Shown here: one piece after another, positions 43,561 through 57,505 of the stretch | Position numbering within the stretch: position 1 is the first letter of the stretch | Layout of the letters: the number at the start of each line of letters is the position of its first letter | NCBI GenBank assembly: GCA_964016885.1 | Contig: OZ024740.1 | Location: 372,744,001-372,808,000 of the forward strand | Direction: 5' to 3' | DNA: 64,000 bases | Source of the DNA: Eledone cirrhosa | Taxonomy: Eukaryota | Position numbers and translations under genes: made by a program | Notes under the pieces: generated by a model | The model's input: the letters and a program-made list of their open reading frames with translations, nothing else | What the model was told of the DNA's origin: nothing | Database searches by the model: none

Positions 43561-44629
43561 CGATTTCTATCACTGACTATGCTTTTGCTCATACCACTCC
43601 TCAGAATATGGTATACATATGAACATATTTTCACTTCAGTCCCGAGATTACCAATGTCAGTTGTGCACCGCTCGTGGTCAGCTTCACATTCGTTTTCATT
43701 CTTACCTCGAAATACCATATAAGTTAACAGGTTAAAGAGTCTGCCTTTATTTACCCAGCAATATTTTTCAATCTCGTATTTATATTTTATAATTTACTGA
43801 CCGGTCTTCCACACGCAATCATAATCAAGTATGTCAGAAAGTTTCTTTGTAAGAGTTGAATAATCTCCCCCCGCCTCTCTCTCTTATATATACACATATA
43901 TTTGTGTGTGCATTTATGTGCATTTGAAATTTTACACAATTTTTGTTCACGAATATAAATGTTCTAGAATCATAGCTGAGGAAAAATATTTATTTAATAT
44001 CTGTTTACACATTGAAAATTCTCTTCTATACCTATAGACATTTTCAAAGTTGGCAGTTTTGAAATTTTCTGCAGAGTACAAATTCAGAATAGCAATCACG
44101 AATATAAATTTCTTTGATGCTGCAAATTTATATTTTACTTTAATTCATTCTTCTGGAATAGCGTACTAAAGTTGTGTTGTAATATCCATAAAGAAATCGA
44201 CAAATTGCATTAGTGTTTTCTCAATTACATTTTTGTTTCAGTACGTACTAGAACCAATTTCAACATCTAATGTTACAAAAATTTGGAATTGCAATTATTT
44301 TTGTTTGAGAATCTGTGTCGTCATAAAAAAAAAAAACATGTAAAATTGCAATCGTAAAGTAGTAGGATCAATTTTCCCTGAAAAAACCAGCACATCATAT
44401 AAACAAATCACTCTGCTAATATTATATATTTGAAAGATAAAAGGTTTCATTTTAAACCAAGTCTCCTTTCCTAACTATTATGTGCTAAGCTTATTGTAAA
44501 CAGAAGTTCGTCCTCAATGAATATAACATTGAAAACAGAGCTATTTAATGGAAGTATAATGATATAATGTCAGGTCACTCTTGAATCCTACTGGTAACAT
44601 GTAAACCAGTACAACCTGTCGCCAGGTCG

Positions 44630-44795
44630 GGTCGTCGGCGACTAAACTGGCAACCCCACCAAGTTCGCTTGGCGAGGAGGGTGATTTTGGACACCCTGCA
44701 GGACAAAAAACAAAACCTGACAAAGGACAGAAGGATTCATAAGAGTCAACGGTCATCCAAAAATGTGTAAATATGTATATACACATGTACATATC
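44630..44795. repeat. Dispersed repeat (second copy at about 61461-61630), probably retroelement-derived
   Basis: actaaac.ggcaaccccaccaagtt...gggtgattttggacaccctgcaggacaaaa occurs at both loci. Confidence 0.8.
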
Positions 44796-44821
44796 TATGT
44801 GTGTGTATATGCGTGTGTATA

Positions 44822-45555
44822 TGCCTGGGGTGTCAGGGAGGGACATGTACCTCTGTAGGGAGAGCTAGCCTTGCCCTTTTCAGGACAGCTTGTCCTGCAT
44901 TGGGTCCCACTTGACACTCAATACTCACCTGTGGCCCCAAGATGATGTAGCATGCGACAGCGGCCACACCCCGGTAAACCGTCTTGGCTGGCGGGCCGAA
45001 CCAGGTTGAGGGTAGCCGGACGGGTCTGAAACCCCCCGGTGAGTTAGATATGGAATGCCTGCCCCTGCATGCGAAGACTGGACCCGACGGAATGAGTCGA
45101 AGAGGGCAACATCGTCCCAACGGTTACAAAGGCGGCAACAGCAAGCGGTGTGGAGCGCTAGGGCACGGCAAGGCACTTCAGACGTCGTGGCCATTCACTG
45201 CAGCCAAGGAAGTCCCTGGTCGTGACGGTCCTCCGTACCACCGGATTCTGGCTTCTGCGGCTGAGTGAGTGGGACCGTCACTTTGCACTGGCCCTCCCAC
45301 TATAAACCTTTCCCGCACAGGTTTCTTCTTTAGCGTGCACTCCCAAAACCCTGTGGCGAAGGCGAGAGGTGGAGGTAACAGGTGGAGGTAACCTCTGGGA
45401 GTTGCCAGTCTGACTGCGGTCTCTTCCCCTTCCCCCACTGTCCCCGGACCTGAAAGTTGGGGATAGGCCTCCACAGCCATCTTCGTGCCCACGGCAGACG
45501 GGAACAACAATAAAGAAGATGGGATCATCGCTTACGATGGACAACAAAGGATGAA
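44822..45555 (+). mobile_element. GC-rich segment resembling the 5' UTR of an RTE/BovB-like LINE
   Basis: Abrupt rise in GC; motifs ctcacctgtggc, ccaggttgagggtagccg and aaaaccctgtggcg recalled from RTE 5' regions; no ORF support. Confidence 0.45.
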
Positions 45556-45559
45556 GATA

Positions 45560-45980
45560 ATATTTTCTAATTTATGTATGAGACCAGCAATTTAAAGGAG
45601 TAAAAAGAAATCGATTATATCAAGTCCAGTACTCGATTAGGAACGATCCTTGTAGTAAGAAAGTTAAATCCGGGGGATTTCCACTCAGGTTATAAAAAGC
45701 AGGAAAGGATAACACAAGCTTTATTGTCTGACGCTTAAGCATTTCTACTAATTCAACGCCCTATACAACAATACAATAATATTATATACAATGATAATAA
45801 TATTCTGATTTAGGTACAAGACGAGCAATTTTTGGTTAGGGGCACGTCGATTAAATCGACCCCAGTGTTTACGGATACTTTATTTTATCGATACCGTAAG
45901 GATGAAATGCAAAGCTCACCTCAGAACGTAAAGGGCAATAACTTTATGCTTGCAAAGCATGGTGTCTGACGCTCTGCTGG
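45560..45980 (-). mobile_element. Two older, decayed SINE copies related to the 59037 family
   Basis: tttaggtacaagacgagcaatt...gtcgattaaatcgaccccagt...tactttattttatcgat...ggatgaaa. Confidence 0.6.
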
Positions 45981-46959
45981 ATTGTGATTTTGTTGTCACA
46001 CTGCCTCTCTCCACTCGTGTCCAGCGAACGGCTTTCCTCCCATCATTCTTAATCACTGGCGAGAATATACAAAAAATCGATGTTTACGCATCGATATTTC
46101 AGGGATAGCTTCATTTCGGACAATTTCCCTGTAAGAAATGATTACCGTGCTCTTTGCCTCATAGTTATTATTCTCCTGGAAGTCTGGACAAAATTAGAGA
46201 CTGACATCCAAGACAATACCAACAGCCTCATACACAAGCACACTATTTGAATATTTCAATTAAAATCGAATAAAAATGTACACTATAGAAATGCGCGTTA
46301 TAAGCCCCACCACTTAATGTGTGACAACATTTCTTTATTCCACAGATATGGTTAAAGTTAGTGTGAGATATAAGAATTGGGATCAGTTTGTAACTAAGTT
46401 CATTTATTCAATGGTCTCAGCTCACTTTCCTTGTAGATTTTCAGGATCGGCTACTGAAGTTACGCACAATCATGTTGCACCCATGTGCTAGGATATTTGT
46501 GCTGGATGTGAATGGCAGCTAAGATAGTGCCTTCAGACTAGCTGCCTCTATACTCCGACCGGGCTAGGATGACTGATTCTTCAGGATTCTAAAAATGATA
46601 TCATGCATTGACATTAATCCTGTTACACGAATCTGAACACATTTTCTGTAGAAATAGTTGAAAGGAAGATTTAAAGAAAGAAGGCAATAAGGAAACACCA
46701 TAGGACACGAAAGAAAGAAAGTGGTTAGATGTGAAGTGGCGGCAGATACGTGTCTTGGCAGCAAAGCCTTAAATGTTGTATTTGAGAGACTGTGAGGGTT
46801 GCGTAATATTTCATATAGTAATTGTAGAGTAAATTGTGAAAAAGATCACTTACAGTGTATGATGTATATAATGTTTAAACACTATGTAATGTATGTAGTG
46901 TTTATCATTTTTTCCTATTAAAATATTCTAAAATATTGGAAACTAACACCAGGATGGTA

Positions 46960-47150
46960 ATAATTGCTTCTACTTTAGGCACAAGGCCAGCAATTTCCCA
47001 GTGCATTACTGGTACTTTATTTTATCGACCCCGTAAGGATAAAAGGCAAAGTCAACCTCGGCGGGATTTAAACTCAGATCGTAAAGGCACGTAACTATGC
47101 TGGAAAAAATGGCGTCCGACCCTCTACCGATACTGCCAATCCACCGCCCT
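46960..47150 (-). mobile_element. Full-length tRNA-derived SINE with an 18-bp target-site duplication
   Basis: Reverse complement of 59037-59228; caccaggatggtaataat at 46947-46964 and 47158-47175. Confidence 0.9.
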
Positions 47151-47199
47151 CAGGATCCACCAGGATGGTAATAATATTCAATGATATGTAATGGTTATA

Positions 47200-47385
47200 T
47201 ATATTGGTTTCAGATTTAGGCACAATGCCAACAATGTTTGGGAGGGAAGAAAGTCGATTAAATCAACCTAGTGCATTACTCGTACTTTTCGTGGCAGAAT
47301 TTGAACTCAGATTGAAAAGGAGCGTAACTGTATGCCGTAAAATATATTGTCCGAGGCTCTACCGATTCTGTCAGTCCTTGTTCCT
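47200..47385 (-). mobile_element. Older related SINE copy
   Basis: ttaggcacaatgcca...gtcgattaaatcaacc...atttgaactcag...ctctaccgattctg. Confidence 0.65.
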
Positions 47386-48609
47386 AATTGATTATATATA
47401 TTGAAATGCGTTAGCTTATATATTGTATGGTGATGCATAAAAGTAACTAAAATAACATTCTCCCTCATGTCTTTTCTATCGATATTGTCAGAGTCGGTGA
47501 GTGTAATATTGTATCAACGTCGTACTGGATGTAAAATTCCATTTCATTGATGCAATAGCTCCACTTATCTCGTATAGTTTAAAGGAAATAAAACAACTAA
47601 TAAACATTTTCAAACATACTTCATTTGTCAGGTTGTTTGACAATAATTAATACGCATTCGCGTTAATATATTAGAATGGTCGTATTGAAGGAGAAAATGA
47701 ACATAGGTCAGCACAATATTATGAATGAGTGTCATCAACCTATCGTGATAATCGCCCAAGTTGAACCAGAATGTATATTGGAATGATAACGTACAGCTTT
47801 GAAAGCAACAGTATTATTTCTGACAACGTATAACACTATATATCCATATGAAATTCATATATGATATGTTCTTCTGTTGAATTAATTATTCGAAAACAAC
47901 AGGAAAATACAACCAGGATAAGAAAAGCTATATCAAAGAAAATGAGCACATATATGTAAGGAATACATGTCCATGATAATTATATATCAAGGCGTTTACT
48001 TTTCGCTCTGAAAATATTATTTGTAATGATTCATTGAAACAATACAGTTAGAGATGCTCATTAAAAGAACAATCAAAACAAATAATAATTCCCAATGCTA
48101 TTAAACAAACGAGCAGTAAATACACTTGATATTTTAATCAATAGTTTTAAGCAAAACCATAAAAATGCATCCTTTGTTATAAATGTAATCAAGACAACAA
48201 TTATAAGGACATAATTGAATTATATTCTAATGTTTTTGCGATATTTTAAATGCCTTTCAATGTGTTAAAATATGGCATGCTAGATTAAATTCGACAAAGC
48301 CGTGAAATATGATTCAGCAATGAAGGAAAGAAAATATGATGTATAGAAAATATTATGATGAAAAACGTTTGCTTCCATAACGTTTAAGCTCAAAAGTAAC
48401 CCCAGGACACAAATGCGAACATAATTACTTGTCCGTCAATGAGTATGGCAGGTGGTCTTATTGATAGAGTATTGGCCTGTTTATACAAGTTATATACATT
48501 AGACAATAGATTTATCTTGGAATAGCACAGCATTAAACAAAGCACACATTTTAATATTCTACTTAACATATTTGTTTCGGATAGATAAATTTTGGTAATA
48601 ATGTAGAAC

Positions 48610-48655
<46 letters not shown>

Positions 48656-48705
48656 TAATGTTCTATATATTTATATATATATATATATATAGATAATGTT
48701 CTATA

Positions 48706-48754
<49 letters not shown>

Positions 48755-48807
48755 ATATATATATATTATAGTTAATATATATATAAACAAATACATAAAC
48801 ACACACG

Positions 48808-48873
<66 letters not shown>

Positions 48874-51104
48874 ACACATATATGTATATATGGGTGTGTG
48901 CTTCTATATGTGTGTATGCGTGTATGCATTGCGTATATAAGTGATTAAATTGATTTGGTTGAGAATTGACCTATTTTCTAATGGATATCTTAACGTCCTT
49001 ATATTGTTATGAAAAGAAACCAAAATAATCAACTATTAATTTTCTATGTTGATACGCAGAAACTAAGTATTTTAAAAGATGAACAACTGACAACTCATGG
49101 ATTTAACCACATATTACATGCCATGGACACCAACACATCCTCCAAGATTTGTTATGAAGCTATTAATAAGTGGTGAGGGAGTAAGCCTAGTGTATTGAAG
49201 AAAATATCTCATCCTATGCTGATTATTTGTCCCTTTTCTTTTGCCATTTAAAACATATTGTCATTAAAAATTAGAAATACTCCCTTCAGCAAGGCCACAC
49301 ATTGATAGTGGCTCAATAGCATCTAGTTTATTTTATTTAGGTATTTGAATACGCAAGTACTATTAGAAATTGCATTATCAAACAGCCACTTTAGTTTTGT
49401 TACTTCGGTCATTTTTAATTCTCGAAGGCGTATTACCGCAGTGTCACATTTCCTAACACTTATCGGGGAATACAGAACCTGACAAATTTAAGTATCATGA
49501 TATTCTCAACATTGGACTTAATTTAGCTAGGGCTTTTAGTCTTATAAACATTAAGTCGCATGTAACATAAACAATACGTATATTAATCTATTTTATATTA
49601 ATAATATAGAATAATTATGAAACAAATGAATTTTTATTGTTACATACTATACGATAAAAGTGTATTTCTGGGAAATATACACTATATATTGTGCAATATG
49701 CTGCGTGTATAAAATTATGTGTACAAGTTACATATGTGACTGTATTCTCCGATTCACTCTACAAACTCGCACGCACATCAACACACAAAAAAACATAGAT
49801 ATATATATATAAATATATAATGAGTTGAAAGTGTGATATGCAATTAACCAGATTTTAATTACTTATATATATTGATGAACATTGTTCTGCGCTGTATGCA
49901 CACGTGTATCCATACCTGTCTTCTCAGTTTTAAGAAAACCATTTGTATTTATGCTATGATCATTGTTGTTATTTACAGCATTTCTATAACGGTATGTCAT
50001 CTTTGTTTACAATTTGTTCCATCCATTTTGGTCTGCTAGATTTCACGGATTCTCTTAGATATTTACATATCATTAATCAACACCATTTTCGGAGGATCAA
50101 ATGCAAACAACGCAAACACATTCTTTCTGTTATGCAAGTTTCTAAAAATACGACAATACTAAAATGAATATATGACATATGTATTTTTGAATATAAAAAT
50201 AATGCCCTGATAAAATATATCAACACTAATTATCTTCATCCTCAGCTTGGTTATATAAGCATGTATTTGTCTCTGCATATATTTTATGCCAACGCCTGCA
50301 TGATTTAGTTCAATTCCAACCACAACACTTGTACATTCCATTGAATAACGAATGATGAACAAACAACTTGAAGGATCAATTTTCTGTATAAACTCTCATG
50401 TATGACTGTAATGTAATAAACCATCAGAAAATCTGAGTTAGTAAGAGAGCAAGCATATATTATTCCTTTTGTTAGGTATACTTTAATGTCAGAAGGCAAT
50501 ACCGAGAGCATTAGCAATTGGATTGGTGAGAAAACGTATGCTTAAGCAAGCATCGTCTACTGCATAATAATGTTGCTTTCATAAATTTATTGAACCAGTA
50601 AATGTTTAATAATTTGAAATTGGTACAATATATATTACATTTTATGTTTCGTTTTGCATACCGAGTTCAAGGGGCAATTAGTATGTTCGTCTTGTTCCGA
50701 TCAATCTTTTAATCTAAATAATTATATGTACATATAATCTGTAATATTACTATTTATCGTTGGTAGTGGACACAAATTTACCTCAGGTATTAATATTGCA
50801 TTATTACATACGATAACACAGGGAACTAAAGTTTATGTAACTAAAATTGCAATATAGTGTATCAATATTATTCTGATGTTTGCTTTAATATTGTACATCT
50901 AATTACATCTTTGGGTAGGATATATTTGCGTAGGAAGTTACTACACAATATTGTGTAATTATTTAATCCGTATGAATATACATGGTGAAATAATAATTTG
51001 TATCGAATATCGTCTTCCGTATAGTACTGAACTGAAGAAAAGAAGAATGAATTTCAGAATTGAACTTATTCCTGTCGTTCGTGTGAACAGCCATTGTATG
51101 GATT

Positions 51105-51235
51105 AATAATTGTTTCTACTTTAGGCACAAGGCCAGCAATAACCCAGTACATTACTGGTACTTTATTTTATCGACCTCGTAAGGATGAAAGGCAAAGTAA
51201 ACCTCGGCGGGATTTGAACTCAGACCGTAAAGGGA
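51105..51235 (-). mobile_element. 5'-truncated tRNA-derived SINE
   Basis: Matches the 46960 copy. Confidence 0.85.
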
Positions 51236-53224
51236 TGAATATCTACGGATCTTGAATTTATTGATTTAACAGAAAGAATAATATTGAGTAGTCATATATT
51301 AGTTAGTTTGACAACTTTAACGCTATTCATTTTCCCCGCGAACTAATGTGGCGTTATTCATGCTTAAAATAGACAGAAAGTGTTAACAGCCTTTATTCTT
51401 TTATTTAAGTGAGTAAATGCAATATTACGACAGCTGTGCCATGAATATTCTTCTTTATTTCTTGTTGGCGTAGAACTGTTTACAGCCAATGTAGCTCAGT
51501 GGTAATTAGTGATATCTTAATTGATGTATTTCTCTTATAATTATTGCCAGATTACTCTAATTAAAACAACATAAAATATACGTTATGCTTTCACACGCTG
51601 GAGCTATTAGAAAACATATAATTTATTATTTGTTTCTAAAAAGTTGAATCCTTCTGTTTAATTAATCTTCTATAAACATAGGTTATACAGTTTTGGTTTC
51701 CAGTTATAATAATACAATGCTTGTTATTATGTGAAAGCAAAATGCTCTGTTAACATATCGATTGAAAAAAACATTATTTCTACTCGATCCTCTCCAATCA
51801 ACATGCAATATTTCTGGATTTTTTGCTTACCATTTCACTTAGCACTTGCCAAGCCTCTCAAATCAGGATTCTGAAACAATTTATATTGTGATATCTCTCG
51901 AGATGTACTTTGAATCTTGTATTATTCAGGGACCTTCGCTTTTTTTTACATTTGAGGTGACTGGAAGCCATTGCGTGAATCGCTTGGTGATGGACTTTGG
52001 AGTGATATCTTTAATTTTCCCACTGGAAATTGTGTCATCAAACGTTTCTCTTTGGGTGAAAGCTGACGTTAATGATTTTGTGCCATCTTGCCAGGAAAAA
52101 CCGCAATCAACTCCTTAGTTTAGAATTAAGTGCCTGCTCAGCTGCTATTTTCTACAGAAATCAGGTTTTCCCGCAATATGAACGTGAGTGATCTGTCCAT
52201 AACAGAAAACTTTGTCTGACTCCTCGACACAACTGTAAGCATGTCAAGGGTGACGTTAAGTTTCTTGTTGCCAAGGAAATGAGAAAACGTATTGGGTCTC
52301 GTGACTACTAGTGGCGTTGTGACAGAGTGCTGAATAGGGGTAATTATTCAAAGCCACATATAGATCAAAGTGTGCACCTTGAGAATCCGGATAAAATACG
52401 AAGAATGGTTGGTATCAAAATACCGGCTTCAACCGCAATGAAACAGTCAATATTTAGCATCTGCCTTTTCTAGAGTATTTTCATTGAAATTCTTCTGATG
52501 AGCCTTCCTATTTATTGCCTCATCGTCATGTTTTTAAACGGAGTACCAGATTTGTGATTATATCACTTTCTGTTAAATTTGTTATTCCTAAATATAATTG
52601 CAAATACTATTCTGAGAAGTTCTTCATTTGCACTTCTCGCTTATTGAATTCTCTTCCGGCTAATTGATATCTGACCATTCTACAGTATGTACAACTTCAA
52701 AAGGAGCTCCAATCATCATATTCTACCTCCTCCAATTATGTTCTCTCTTTTTAATATTTCGCTACTCAAAATTCCATTGCATTTGCGCGGCTTTATTGTT
52801 TTGATTGAGTATTAAAAAGAAAGAAAAAATACATATATTTTCTTGCCAAGATATAGTTAATTATTTTTCCGGAAACGATACGTTCCTCAAACGATGCAGG
52901 AATAATAATAATATATACATCACATAAACGCAAGGAAACACGCATTCACCACACACAAACACACGCTTCCTCTCTCACACACAAACACACACACATATAA
53001 ACACACCCACCCACACACACGCATATATATATATGTTTATATTTATATGTGCGGGAAAGGGAACAAATGTAGGAAGCTCAGAGGCAGAATATAACTTGAC
53101 ATAAAATTAGTGGTTAAGCAATCGGCTAAGACCTCTTATAGACGGATCAAACTTTTCCGCGTATCTCCGATTGCTATAAAACTTATAATCCTTCAACCTT
53201 TAGAGAGTTTGAACTCTTCATACG

Positions 53225-53263
<39 letters not shown>

Positions 53264-53372
53264 TATAGACACACAATTAAACCTAAAAACAAATTCTTTG
53301 ATAATCAAAAACGGATTAACCAGGCGTTAACATTAATTTTTAACACTGACTCTTGTACATATTATAAAGATT

Positions 53373-53455
<83 letters not shown>

Positions 53456-53458
<3 letters not shown>

Positions 53459-54075
53459 CAATATATTTAGAAACACACAGATACATGCGGACACACACAT
53501 ACATACATGAATGCATCCGCACCCAACTGTGAGTTAAGGGTGCCAACTTCACCAATGTTGCTCAATGAATGACTGGGACAGACCAATTCAGTTGAACCAG
53601 ACTGAACCAGTATCAGAGTTAAAAATACATTATGAAGAGAGAAGAAACATTTAGATATAATTAGTAATAAAATGTATCATACCTAAACTGCTCCTAAATT
53701 CCTCGACTACGTAGTTTCGTGGCATAAACAAAAACAATATATCATAAAGATATAGAGTCCTTGCGAGGTCTGCCGACTTATCAAGAGGATACCTCATTTT
53801 ACTAGTCTCAAGAACGCGTCTACACGACGTGAGAAAGAATCCCAAAAGGCGGAGGGGGAGATAGTCACGCGATATAACGGTCGAGAAACAGAGCTAAGCC
53901 TCTTATAACCCCGAAGAAAATACCACGGAGGCGGAGGGGCTATTCATATCGAGGCCGTAGAAGAGGTGGCGAAGAAGGCGAGAAGTATGAGTAATGGAAG
54001 CTATCCAGCTGTCCCCACACTTCAAAGATTGCTCGACCAGAGGGAGTTATTAACAATATATTTAGAAACACACAG

Positions 54076-54081
<6 letters not shown>
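53456..54081 (-). mobile_element. Retrozyme-like 595-bp unit with 31-bp terminal redundancy, between (TA)n tracts
   Basis: taacaatatatttagaaacacacagatacat at 53456 and 54051; internal HHR. Confidence 0.65.
53700..53789 (-). ncRNA. Type I hammerhead ribozyme with U3:A8 core and branched stem II
   Basis: tcctc TTGATAA gtcggca...tgccac GAAA ctacgtag TC gagga. Confidence 0.8.
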
Positions 54082-54104
<23 letters not shown>

Positions 54105-54111
<7 letters not shown>

Positions 54112-54725
54112 TCCGAGAGAGAAAAGCCTTCCGACGATGATTTCTTTCTCAATGGAAATCCGCTTGGATTATTTATTTGTTTGGGATCTGTAACCGCCGT
54201 AAAGGCACATATAGTAAGTACATATCATTTTTTGAAATTTATTTTAAATTTTTTTCTTTATTTACTTTCCCTTGATTTTATATGTTCTGACTTGTTAAAT
54301 TATTAACTTGCCATTGAACCACACTGGCATACGGTCGGACTATACCTGTATTCCTATTGTATTATTTACATGTAGGAACACATACTTTTATTATCATTCT
54401 CCCCAATGGTGGAGAAACTTTTGGTCATTTGAACGGCTGCTATTTTTCGTAGCAAGAGATTGACCTATCCACCTTGCTTTCTGTCTTTACACACGGTACT
54501 AGACAACATTGTTTCATCATTCATTTCCTCTCATTCTGGGGCAGTTTTGTGTGACGCCAAATATATATTCTCCGAGAAGGAAAAGAAGCCTTCTGACGAT
54601 GGTCTTTCCCAATGCACATCCGCTTAGATAATCTATTTGTTTGGGATCTGAAACCGCGGTAGAGGCACACATAGTAAGTACAGTGAACTTTTTGAAATTT
54701 ATTTCAATTTTCTTTCTTTATTTGC
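54105..54725 (+). repeat. Two diverged direct copies (about 160 bp, 460-bp spacing) of an HHR-containing unit
   Basis: atatattctccgaga...gcctt...tttgtttgggatctg...atagtaagtaca...tttgaaatttattt at about 54105 and 54564. Confidence 0.8.
54588..54666 (+). ncRNA. Type I hammerhead ribozyme (decayed twin at 54126-54206)
   Basis: gcctt CTGACGA tggtctttcccaa...ttgggatct GAAA ccgcgg TA gaggc. Confidence 0.8.
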
Positions 54726-55161
54726 ATATATACATACACACACACACAATATATATATATATATATATATAAGCATGTCAACAATACTCATCATTGCAAT
54801 GATAATTCTCCAATACATAAATTTTAGAATTCTCGACCTATCGGTGACACATATTTCCTGGATCCTCTTCACGTTTCATGCATATCGATTCTTTTCAAAA
54901 TATTCCATTTTCAATAGATTTATGAAAAGAAAATCAAGTCAAGAAAAGAGTACCATACTGGTTCTTTGCATAATGATGCACGTTTTAAAATCATATGGCG
55001 ATGATGTAATGATAAGACTGGGGAGGGAGATGATTAGCTAAATTATTAGATATATAACCTAACTGAAACTGAGATATATAGTTATACTTAGACTCTAATA
55101 TATATATAAATATATGCGCATACATATCTCCTTATCTTTATCCCTCGATCGTTTTGTCGCT

Positions 55162-55234
<73 letters not shown>

Positions 55235-55624
55235 TGTGTATGTGTGTGTGTCTATGTGTCTGTGGGTCTGTTTGTGTCTATATATATATGCTTACATATA
55301 TTCCAAGGAGATGACGCTCCAATATTAGAGATGATATAATATGCATGCATCTATATGTGTAGAGAAATAGTGAGAGAGAAGACATACAAACGAACCATAA
55401 TACTTCTGATTGAATCCTTATCGTTGCAGTAAGTTAGAATTTCCTTTTGCATGATTTTAATGATCTCCACGTAACCGGAAAAAATATCTATCAAATGCAA
55501 TTTCTAAGGATAAAAAAATAAACTTTATTCCCCTGCTAACAATGTTGTTTTTTTTTTTCCCTATATTAGACCGATTTTATCTGAAGAATTCTCTTTTATC
55601 TATATTATCTATATACTTTAGCGA

Positions 55625-55945
<321 letters not shown>

Positions 55946-57249
55946 TAGAATATTGAGTTCAGAAAATCATTTATGTATGAATGATTGCTGGTGCATACGT
56001 GAGTAAGAAAAATAAATGATTTTTACACATTCAACTAAAGTCTATTTTCTATTATTTCCTTCGTTTTCCTATTCAATATTGAAAGGTTCTCTAGATTTGG
56101 CATGACCCCTATATTCCAACATCCACTCTTTTCATCTTCAACCGACTTTACTCCATCTCATTAAAAAGGTTAAATCATGGTGATATGATGCAAATGAAGC
56201 AATAAATCATATAGTCCATCCTTGCCCTTACTTAAGAGATAATACCTCCTTTACTATCACGCATGTTAATACAATCTTGCTTGGCGATACTTGATTATTT
56301 CTAAATCGCATATTAACTACCTCAGAATCAGAGAAATTTGTAATATTCTTTCCCCGAGTGTAGATGACATCAGATATAGTCGGGATCTTTGCTGTTGATC
56401 GTAATTCTTGCCGGTCTCAGATAAACGTTTCATATTATTTAATGTTATGATGTTGTTCACCATAATTCTAATCACGGGAGACGATCAAATGTTTACGCCA
56501 ATTTACAGCTTTTAACTGAAAGGAAATTTTGGCCATGCTGGTTTTTAAACTCAGAATCCAAATAAAACAATTCCTATAAGCCGATATTGTAACAAATCTG
56601 AGAATTCCTCGAACTAATTAATGAACACAAATTGAATATATATCGAAAATCATGGCAGCGAGCGGGAAAGTAACTATTCGCTGCTTTCCTGTAACATTTA
56701 ATGCACAAATTAACGATTTACGACAAAAAAATATAGACCTAGAGACGCTTTGCCTAATTAAAGAAGACATAGTCTTACATTGGAACAAATGTAATTATAT
56801 TTCTGATCGATGAACGGTTATTTGTGCATAATCAACAAGAAGAATAGAACAAAATCCGTAGTTATGGCTTTTACGATATCAACGTGTACGTTGTGATAGA
56901 ACTAGGGTACCTGAACACACACGAAAATAACAATATAATAACTAGGTATTTGACTTTCTTGGGGGTTGGATAATGTAAGGACAAAGACATATTGCATGTC
57001 CTTAAATCCCATACATATTTCATATGAAAGCTTATTCGCTAAGATTCAACCGTTGAATTCTTCATGCTCCGATGTCAAAGAAAAATGTACAGAGTAAAAA
57101 AGTAAAGTAAACTGGAGATATTTTCATTCGGGGGTAAGTTGAAATATATCTTCTTTGAAAAAGACCTGATCAGTTGAACAATTTTCTTATTAAGGCACAC
57201 TTATTTTGTATAATAAAATATGAATCTGTGCGTCCAAAATCAAATTACA

Positions 57250-57505
57250 ATAATAATTGTTTCTATTTTTGGCACAAGGCCAGCACTTACGCAGTACATT
57301 ACTGGTACTTTATTTTATCGACCCCATAAGGATGAAAGGCAAAGTTAACCTCGACGGGATTTGAACTCAAGTTACAATAATTGTTTCTACTTTAGGCAAA
57401 AGGCCAGCAATTACCCAGTGCATTACTGGTACTTTATTTTATCGACCCCGTAACGACGACAGGCAAAGTTAACCTCGGCGGGATTTGAACTCGGATCGTA
57501 AAGGG
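57250..57505 (-). mobile_element. Head-to-tail pair of 5'-truncated SINEs inside one 19-bp direct repeat
   Basis: Two copies (about 57250-57370 and 57373-57505); aaatcaaattacaataata at 57237 and 57506. Confidence 0.85.

Noticed and set aside
52495-52540. CTGATGA, and similar isolated hits at 15574, 22950 and 22356 (-)
   Set aside because: No downstream GAAA, stem III, NUH or closing stem I, so not counted as hammerheads (22356 may be a truncated half).
51846-52780. Mildly GC-richer stretch with faint Tc1/IS630-like phrases (FEVTGS, QEKPQST)
   Set aside because: Too decayed; no DDE motif or TIR identifiable by eye.
53150-53225. Possible decayed HHR on the minus strand in a TA-flanked insert
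   Set aside because: Both core segments deviate (ATGAAGA, GAAG) and no stem I is evident.
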